64,000 nt of DNA. Source: an uncultured Acidobacteriaceae bacterium. GTDB taxonomy: Bacteria; Acidobacteriota; Terriglobia; Terriglobales; Acidobacteriaceae. Numbering within the stretch: the first letter of the stretch is position 1; every line of letters begins with the position of its first letter. This document shows positions 58,553 to 64,000 of this stretch, piece by piece. A program made the position numbers and the translations under genes. The stretch covers positions 946,196 to 1,010,195 of the forward strand of contig CAWCEH010000007.1 in the NCBI GenBank assembly GCA_963794545.1, written 5' to 3'. The notes below the pieces were generated by a model. The model was given only the letters and a program-made list of their open reading frames with translations, was not told where the DNA came from and made no database searches.

Positions 58553-59902
58553 ATGGACCAACTAGGAAAATATATCGCCGACGCCGTGCTCGGCATCGAC
58601 ACACTTTGGGGCGGAGACGTTATGTGTCCGTCAGGGACGGGGCGCTTCATTGCCGACTCGTGGTTTTCGGACGAACCGCTGCCTCTCGCTTACACCACAC
58701 CTGCAGCGGCGCGGGTGCGCGAAACCGGAGGCGTTGGGGGGAAAACCGTCGATCGCGAGGCGGTCGAAGCATATCTGCGCGAAGTGGACCTGCCGAAAGC
58801 GATGGACGGAATGTGCGCTGAGGCGGAGAAAGTCGGAGGGCTGCGCGGCCAGTACCTCGCCGGCCTTGCTCTCAGTCTCAAGACGATGTGGGATCTGGCG
58901 ATGGAAATACTCGGCAAAGGCAAGCCAGTTCCCTACGAGCGGTGCGTCCAGGCCTCCACCGGCAAGCTGCCGGAGCCGTCGCAGCCGGAAGCCAAGCGCG
59001 ACCGGGTTAAAGAGTTGCTGAACCGTGCCGGCTATTCGGCAGCAAAGCCCGACGGTCTCCTGGGCGCGGTTGATGCCTGGCGCCGCGAGCGGACAGCCCC
59101 AATGGGATCGGTGAAAGCTCTGGGCGCCGCTGTCATCGCCTACTTCGATAATCTGAGCGCGAAGAACCTGCTGCCGGTTTTGCCGAAGGAACTGTCAGCT
59201 GTGCCGCGAGCAAATATCGATTTCATGCCCATCAAGGACGCGTGGTTCTCCGGCTCGATGAACTACTTGGGCCGCGCCCGCAATGCCGATGGCAGTCCGA
59301 AGTACGAAGCGAGTTACGAGATCAACGCCTCGCTACAGATCAGCTTTCCGGAATTCCAGCAGTTGGTGAGCCATGAGGTTGTGCCAGGGCATGTAACCAC
59401 CTTCGCCTATCTTCAGAATCTGTATGTCCGCGGGCTGGCCGGTTTTGAGACCACTGTCCTGACCATGAACACGCGCGCTGCGACGCTGTTCGAAGGAATC
59501 GCGAACAACGCCATCCTGATCGCACACGGCGTGACCGAAGTTGACCAACTGCCGGACGAGGACATGCAGATCGGTGTCCTGCTCGCCCTGTTGCAGGACG
59601 ATGCCAAGAACCAGTCTTCGTATCTCACCTGGGGCGAAGGCAAACCGCAAGCCGAAGTGGCTAAGACTCTGCGGCGCGACTTTCTTGTAAGCGAAGAGCG
59701 CGCCGACAAGCTCTCGGGCGCATGGGGACGGCATCCGTTGCTGGGCCGAATGTATCTTCCCGCGTACCGCTCCGGGACCGAGCGAGTAGCGCAGTTGCGG
59801 CGCACCTTCCCGTCGGAGCGTGTGCTTCCCGCTATCTACGGATGCTACGGACTGGTGGACATCACTACCGTGGATGAAGTGCTGAGGACAGCGAAGGCAT
59901 AG
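58553..59902 (+). CDS. DUF885-like putative metallopeptidase
   Basis: HEVVPGHV (HExxPGH) motif. Starts 2 nt after the OPT stop. Confidence 0.55.
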   Translation: MDQLGKYIADAVLGIDTLWGGDVMCPSGTGRFIADSWFSDEPLPLAYTTPAAARVRETGGVGGKTVDREAVEAYLREVDLPKAMDGMCAEAEKVGGLRGQYLAGLALSLKTMWDLAMEILGKGKPVPYERCVQASTGKLPEPSQPEAKRDRVKELLNRAGYSAAKPDGLLGAVDAWRRERTAPMGSVKALGAAVIAYFDNLSAKNLLPVLPKELSAVPRANIDFMPIKDAWFSGSMNYLGRARNADGSPKYEASYEINASLQISFPEFQQLVSHEVVPGHVTTFAYLQNLYVRGLAGFETTVLTMNTRAATLFEGIANNAILIAHGVTEVDQLPDEDMQIGVLLALLQDDAKNQSSYLTWGEGKPQAEVAKTLRRDFLVSEERADKLSGAWGRHPLLGRMYLPAYRSGTERVAQLRRTFPSERVLPAIYGCYGLVDITTVDEVLRTAKA

Positions 59903-59927
59903 ACAGCAACATTGCGCGTAGATTGTG

Positions 59928-60140
59928 CTAGGCGATCTTCGTCTTGATGGGCAGCGACTCGGTTTCCAGCGTGTTCAAGTCCAAGATCTGCGATGCATGC
60001 TGGATGTCGATGCCCACCACACGGCCGGCAGAATCCAGGTCAATCACCAGTCCCTCGGCCACCTCGCGGGAGTCGGCGCTCGGATTCGCATTGAGGTCAA
60101 CGTAGAGCGAATCTGTGTCGGAATAGTATTGGAGTTTCAT
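59928..60140 (-). CDS. DUF2283 domain protein
   Basis: MKLQYYSDTDSLYVDL...GLVIDLDSAGRVVGIDIQHAS is the classic DUF2283 pattern. Confidence 0.7.
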   Translation of the reverse strand: MKLQYYSDTDSLYVDLNANPSADSREVAEGLVIDLDSAGRVVGIDIQHASQILDLNTLETESLPIKTKIA

Positions 60141-60224
60141 GGTTGATCCTGTTCCGCTCGAGCCTCTAGACGAAAATTAGGGTCTGTTAGCTTTTCAGAA
60201 CAGAAAACTCGCCCCTGGCGCGGC

Positions 60225-60515
60225 TCATTTGTCCCCCGGCGTCTTTGACCTAAGCAAACGTGACAGCCGGGGATTCTTTGCCGGGGGCTTATCCAGCATG
60301 GCAGTGAACCGCCTGAATTCAACTTCGGGAAGATTGAAGTATCGCCTGTCGAGCAGAACGGATTCTGCCTCCTGACAGGCCGCCTCCAGCATGAAATCGG
60401 AGCGGTTCCGGCCGAGCGCGTTCGCTGCGCGGTCGATCAGCGCCTTCTGGCTTCGGCTGACGCGGAGATTGATGTTCTCTGCGCGTAATCGGTTAGGCCC
60501 GGTTGTGGAACTCAC
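60225..60515 (-). CDS. DUF1778 (TacA-like) antitoxin, no cognate GNAT toxin present
   Basis: INLRVSRSQKALIDRAANALGRNRSDFMLEAACQEAESVLLD ribbon-helix-helix pattern. GTG start with GAGGG upstream. Confidence 0.7.
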   Translation of the reverse strand: MSSTTGPNRLRAENINLRVSRSQKALIDRAANALGRNRSDFMLEAACQEAESVLLDRRYFNLPEVEFRRFTAMLDKPPAKNPRLSRLLRSKTPGDK

Positions 60516-60611
60516 CTTTTACCCTCATTTGTATCCACAATGAATGTACGCTAATGTTCGCCGAACAGGCCAAGGCTTTTCTGCCCGTCTCAGATCCTCA
60601 TACTGTCTGCT

Positions 60612-62006
60612 TCATCCCACCAACTGCGCGCATTCCACCGGCTCCAAATGCGCAGTGAAGTGCCGCAGGAATGGCGCTTCGAACGTGAGATGCATTCCCT
60701 GGATATGCTCCCTGCGCTTCCATACCGCGAGGATCACCTCGATCACATAATCCATGTGGCTCTGGGTGTAAACGCGACGCGGAATCGCCAGCCGTACCAG
60801 GTCCATCTTGGCGGCTGCTCCGAACATGAGCGTGCCGATCTCGACGGAGCGGATGCCGCCTTCGAGGTACAGTTCCGCCGCCAGCGCCACACCGGGAAAC
60901 TGATCCAGGGGAATGTGCGGCAGAAAGGCGCGCGCGTCGAGATAAATGGCATGCCCGCCCGGCGGCTGCATGATCGGAACTCCGTGCTCGGAAATGTGAT
61001 TGCCCAAGTAGGCAGTAGAAGCGATGCGGTAGCGCAAATAATCTTCTTCGAGCGATTCCTGGACGCCCACGGCGATCGCCTCAAGGTCGCGGCCAGCAAG
61101 TCCTCCATATGTCGGATAACCCTCGGTAAGAATCAGCAGGTCTTTCTCCTGGCCAGCAAGCACCGCGTTATTGGTGCAGAGGAAGCCGCCGATGTTCGCC
61201 ATGCCATCTTTCTTCGCCGACATGGTGCAGCCGTCACCCAGCGCGAACATCTCCTGCGCAATTTCCTTGGGAGTCTTTGACGCGTAGCTTTCTTCCCGCA
61301 GCTTGATGAAGTACGCATTCTCGGCGAAACGGCACGCGTCGAAGTACAGCGGTATGCCGTGCTGCCGGCACACGGCGCTAACAGCGCGAGCGTTCTCCAT
61401 CGAGACGGGCTGCCCGCCGCCAGAGTTATTGGTGACGGTCAACATCACGAGCGGGATGCGTTCACGACCAACCCGCGCAATCAACTCCTCCAGCGCGGCC
61501 ACGTCCATGTTCCCTTTGAAAGGAAGCCGCGTCGAAGGTCGACGGGCTTCAGGGACAGGGAGGTCCACGGCTTCGGCGCCCACGAATTCTATGTTGGCCC
61601 GAGTGGTGTCGAAGTGCGTGTTATTGGGAACAACGTCGCCCTTCTTGCACATCACGCTGAACAGAATCCGTTCGGCTGCTCGCCCCTGGTGAGTCGGAAT
61701 CACATGCTGATAGCCAAAGATGTCCTGGACGGAGTCGCGGAAATGATCGAAGCTCCGGCTGCCGGCGTAGCTCTCATCCCCCAGCATGATTGCCGCCCAT
61801 TGCTGGGTTGACATCGCGCCCGTGCCCGAGTCGGTAAGCAGGTCAATCAGCACATCGTCAGCGGGAAGCAGAAACAGGTTATAGTGTGCCGCCCGTAGAA
61901 GTTCTTCGCGCTCCTCGCGGGTGGTCCAGCGGATGGGTTCGATGCTCTTGATGCGAAACGGCTCGATGACGGTCTTGGTCAACATGGCAAGGTCCTCGCG
62001 AAACAT
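60612..62006 (-). CDS. tryptophanase / tyrosine phenol-lyase family beta-eliminating lyase (PLP)
   Basis: EPFRIKSIEP...FLLPADDVLIDLLTDSGTGAMS and SAKKDGMANIGG (PLP lysine region). The start may instead be the second ATG at 61985. Confidence 0.85.
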   Translation of the reverse strand: MFREDLAMLTKTVIEPFRIKSIEPIRWTTREEREELLRAAHYNLFLLPADDVLIDLLTDSGTGAMSTQQWAAIMLGDESYAGSRSFDHFRDSVQDIFGYQHVIPTHQGRAAERILFSVMCKKGDVVPNNTHFDTTRANIEFVGAEAVDLPVPEARRPSTRLPFKGNMDVAALEELIARVGRERIPLVMLTVTNNSGGGQPVSMENARAVSAVCRQHGIPLYFDACRFAENAYFIKLREESYASKTPKEIAQEMFALGDGCTMSAKKDGMANIGGFLCTNNAVLAGQEKDLLILTEGYPTYGGLAGRDLEAIAVGVQESLEEDYLRYRIASTAYLGNHISEHGVPIMQPPGGHAIYLDARAFLPHIPLDQFPGVALAAELYLEGGIRSVEIGTLMFGAAAKMDLVRLAIPRRVYTQSHMDYVIEVILAVWKRREHIQGMHLTFEAPFLRHFTAHLEPVECAQLVG

Positions 62007-62128
62007 GGAAGCCTACAACCATGCTGGCCCTTCTGACGAAATTACGCAGTGACTGAGGTCACACGGATGGGCCCCTGGCTTTGCCGGGAAAGGGCCGAAG
62101 CATCCAGGTCAAATCAAACTTCTTGCGC

Positions 62129-62533
62129 TTAAACGGCTTCGCGTTGCCGCACCGCATGGTGGGCCAATTGATTGGCCTCGCAGTTGTCCTCGCGCTGGAT
62201 ATGTTCGATTGTGAAGTCAACGGCTCGCGCCAGTTTGCGGCAGATCCAATTCAACGAATGCAGGCGCGGGCTGCGGCATGCGTACTCGCCTGTCATCTGC
62301 TTGACGACCACTTCGGAATCCGAATAAACATGCAGCGCCCTAGCCTTGACCGTGATGGCATGTTGCAACGCCTCCAACAGGGCCACATATTCCGCGACGT
62401 TGTTGTCCTGATGTCCGATCCACCGGGCAATACGTGTGGTTTCCCCGTCGGGACTTTCGATTACGACTCCGATCCCGGATGGTCCGGGATTTCCATGCGA
62501 GCCGCCGTCCACATAGGCTACGAGATCGGGCAT
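62129..62533 (-). CDS. rnhA: ribonuclease HI
   Basis: VAYVDGGSHGNPGPSGIG, NNVAEY, SDSEVVV, REDNCEANQLA. AGGAG 5 nt before the ATG at 62533. The track ORF (to 62968) is an artefactual extension. Confidence 0.8.
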   Translation of the reverse strand: MPDLVAYVDGGSHGNPGPSGIGVVIESPDGETTRIARWIGHQDNNVAEYVALLEALQHAITVKARALHVYSDSEVVVKQMTGEYACRSPRLHSLNWICRKLARAVDFTIEHIQREDNCEANQLAHHAVRQREAV

Positions 62534-62751
62534 TCCACTCCTGACGTACATACAATGCTTCAGCAAGTTCGGTTGGTCAAGAGCCAATTTAGGTTCCTCC
62601 AAGATTACCGCATGGATGTGACGGAGCTGTGAAAAAGATGTGAATCGGCTTCGGATATTGGCAGAGCTGGCGGAAAACACACGTGATTTCAATCTGTTGC
62701 GCAACCAAATTCGCACACAAAAATAAACCGCTGTTGCACAAACCTTGGGCG

Positions 62752-62779
62752 TTGACAATTTCTCATCCTGCTGTAGGAT
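62752..62779 (+). promoter_or_regulatory. sigma70-like promoter (TTGACA-16 nt-TAGGAT)
   Basis: Perfect -35 hexamer at 62752-62757 and -10 TAGGAT at 62774-62779. No protein-coding ORF follows on this strand. Confidence 0.45.
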
Positions 62780-62785
62780 CACACA

Positions 62786-63060
62786 TGTCGACGGCAGAAA
62801 AGGACAGGCAAACATAATAGTAGCCAGTCCGAAGTAAGCTGGGTGATCGGTTCCAAGGGGCGACCCGGCGGAACCGCCAGACCCGAAAAAACCGACTGTG
62901 CTGCGAGGCGTCAGCCGGGGTCTGGAACTGCGAAAGCGGTGATCGCACCAAGGGCTGTGACGGTACATGCGTCCACGCCGGTGGCTCCCTCGCAGGAGGC
63001 AGCGGCTAGAGCATAACCAAAGTCACAGCCTTTTCTATTGGCCGCCTTTTTTCGGCGATC
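62786..63060 (+). ncRNA. candidate structured non-coding RNA (class unknown; strand uncertain)
   Basis: Helices visible by eye: CGGTTCC/GGAACCG (62848-62854 / 62870-62876); CCAGACCC/GGGTCTGG (62877-62884 / 62918-62925); CTGC-GAAA-GCGG tetraloop hairpin (62928-62939); GGCTGTGAC/GTCACAGCC (62953-62961 / 63022-63030). A T6 run is at 63047-63052. Confidence 0.3.
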
Positions 63061-63143
63061 CTCACTGGAAGTGGCCTACTTCAAAACATGCGACGCCTTC
63101 CCGAATGTGCCTGGCCGCCTGTTAAGCGGGCGCTCGAAGTCCC

Positions 63144-64000
63144 CTAGTCCTCGTCGTGGTGCGCACCGGGCACGATGAAATCGGCCGGATCGAGAATCGT
63201 CGAGTATTTGTCCAAATAAGGAAACGGAGTGTCACAGCAAACGAAAACAGCCACGACTTCGCCGTCCGAATTGCGCAATGGCTCAAGACTGGATTGTTCC
63301 TCCAAGAAACGCAGCAATCCGGCTAGTGCGAAGCCTGAACTGGGACCTGCAACCAGTCCTGCCCGGCAAAGATCTAAGCTCTTCTTGTAAGACTCGGTCG
63401 TTCCCGCTCCCACCCGCAACGGAACTTCTGATTCCCAGTCGAAAGCAATCTCTTGCAGACGCTCGATGGACCGGACTCCCGGAATAGCGTTGTTAGGAAG
63501 GCAGTAAACGCCAACCACAGTTACCTTGCTGCCTTTCTCCCTGAAAAACCGAATGGCTCCGATTGCAGTCCCAGTCGTCCCCAATCCCGCGCAATAAACC
63601 GTGAGCTTGCCCTTGGTCTGGTCCCAGGTCTGCTGGGTCGTCCACTGCGCATGGGCGGCGATGTTCGCCTGATTGCCGTACTGATCCAAGTTGAGAAAAC
63701 CGGGCCGCTCCCCGATTCGCCTTGCCAGGGCAACACCTCCCCCTTCCGGCGGGGCAAAACGGACATCGGCACCGGCCAGTCGCAACAGTTCGAGTTTCCC
63801 CGGTGCAATGTCGACAGGCACAATGGCCCTGACGGACCGGATGCCGAACAGTCGAGCCATGATGGCCATTGAGAACGCAGTGTTTCCCGATGAGTTTTCG
63901 ACGATTGTGTGAACGCCTTCAAGCTGGTCCGACGCGTCCTGCAACATGGCCAGCACGGGCAAGGATTTGAGGTTCAGCAGCGGCAACAGGTACAGCAGCT
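63144..64000 (-). CDS. PLP-dependent cysteine synthase / cystathionine beta-synthase family protein (5' end outside window)
   Basis: SSGNTAFSMAIMA and GLGTTGTAIG motifs. The ORF runs to the window edge. Confidence 0.8.
   Translation of the reverse strand, partial: LLYLLPLLNLKSLPVLAMLQDASDQLEGVHTIVENSSGNTAFSMAIMARLFGIRSVRAIVPVDIAPGKLELLRLAGADVRFAPPEGGGVALARRIGERPGFLNLDQYGNQANIAAHAQWTTQQTWDQTKGKLTVYCAGLGTTGTAIGAIRFFREKGSKVTVVGVYCLPNNAIPGVRSIERLQEIAFDWESEVPLRVGAGTTESYKKSLDLCRAGLVAGPSSGFALAGLLRFLEEQSSLEPLRNSDGEVVAVFVCCDTPFPYLDKYSTILDPADFIVPGAHHDED

Noticed and set aside
62007-62128. TnaC-like leader peptide upstream of the tryptophanase-family gene (14-codon ORF MLRPFPGKARGPSV)
   Set aside because: It has no Trp codon and no resemblance to TnaC, and no obvious Shine-Dalgarno. 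It is probably fortuitous.
62840-62925. ydaO-type (c-di-AMP) riboswitch, suggested by GGGGCGACCC and ACCCGAAAAAACCGAC resembling GGGGGACCCA and ACCCGAACCCGUCAGC
   Set aside because: Only two short partial matches. The pseudo-two-fold architecture and the other conserved blocks are not evident. No gene follows on that strand. It is kept only as an unclassified structured-RNA candidate.
62534-62968. N-terminal 145-aa extension of the RNase HI ORF. Similar over-long track ORFs: 1056-2294, 5847-8231, 41717-42526, 45018-45836, 47578-49284
   Set aside because: The extensions start at the first ATG/GTG/TTG after a stop, have atypical Arg/Ser/Cys-rich composition, and lack homology to the family. 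Internal starts with good Shine-Dalgarno sequences and operon-coupling overlaps are preferred.

Overview
This is a high-GC bacterial chromosomal segment. It is probably Acidobacteriota/Terriglobia: it has a TIGR03118-like propeller, an exosortase/EpsI/TPR set, and REP hairpin families that translate as GRVAHP or PGSRFSRP. That assignment is inference, not a search result. I saw no rRNA, tRNA or CRISPR array by eye.

Gene blocks, in order:
- 0.3-3.4 kb: sugar-nucleotide and glycosyltransferase genes.
- 4.3-8.2 kb: exosortase, EpsI and a PrsT-like TPR lipoprotein.
- 8.8-12.8 kb: TetR, HlyD and an ABC-2 efflux operon.
- 14.8-19.4 kb: a decayed polymorphic-toxin locus. It holds a 5'-truncated Rhs with an unrecognised C-terminal domain, a signal-peptide ORF, REP copies, a YD-repeat scrap and another gene remnant.
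- 19.4-26.5 kb: an ECF sigma/anti-sigma unit, then membrane proteins.
- 26.8-31.0 kb: a 2-oxoacid:ferredoxin oxidoreductase plus CoA-transferase operon. Three of its four genes carry five frameshifts within 1.5 kb.
- 31.7-32.4 kb: a DUF4160/DUF2442 pair.
- 32.6-36.4 kb: an ABC-2 transporter with a DesK/DesR-like two-component system.
- 36.5-42.8 kb: a 1341-aa protein of unknown family (periplasmic-binding-like ectodomain plus about 10 TM helices), next to an atypical receiver/HATPase protein and a membrane-anchored GcvH-like protein.
- 42.9-50.0 kb: a hypothetical secreted protein, a TIGR03118-like protein, an OmpR-type two-component system, an outer-membrane barrel and a cupredoxin-like protein.
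- 50.0-56.3 kb: a repeat-rich, visibly AT-richer islet. It holds a 72-bp tandem array, REP hairpins, an ORFan, an IS110-family element with a long structured 3' non-coding arm, a TM0106-type RecB/Cas4-like nuclease and mqsRA.
- 56.5-62.5 kb: an OPT transporter, DUF885, small toxin-antitoxin remnants, a tryptophanase-family lyase and RNase HI.
- 62.7-63.1 kb: a promoter followed by a strongly structured non-coding stretch.

Most worth follow-up: the 1341-aa membrane protein, the orphan Rhs toxin cassette, the IS110 non-coding arm (candidate bridge RNA), the candidate structured RNA at 62.8-63.1 kb, and the frameshift cluster.

All family assignments come from motif recognition by eye. No searches were run.
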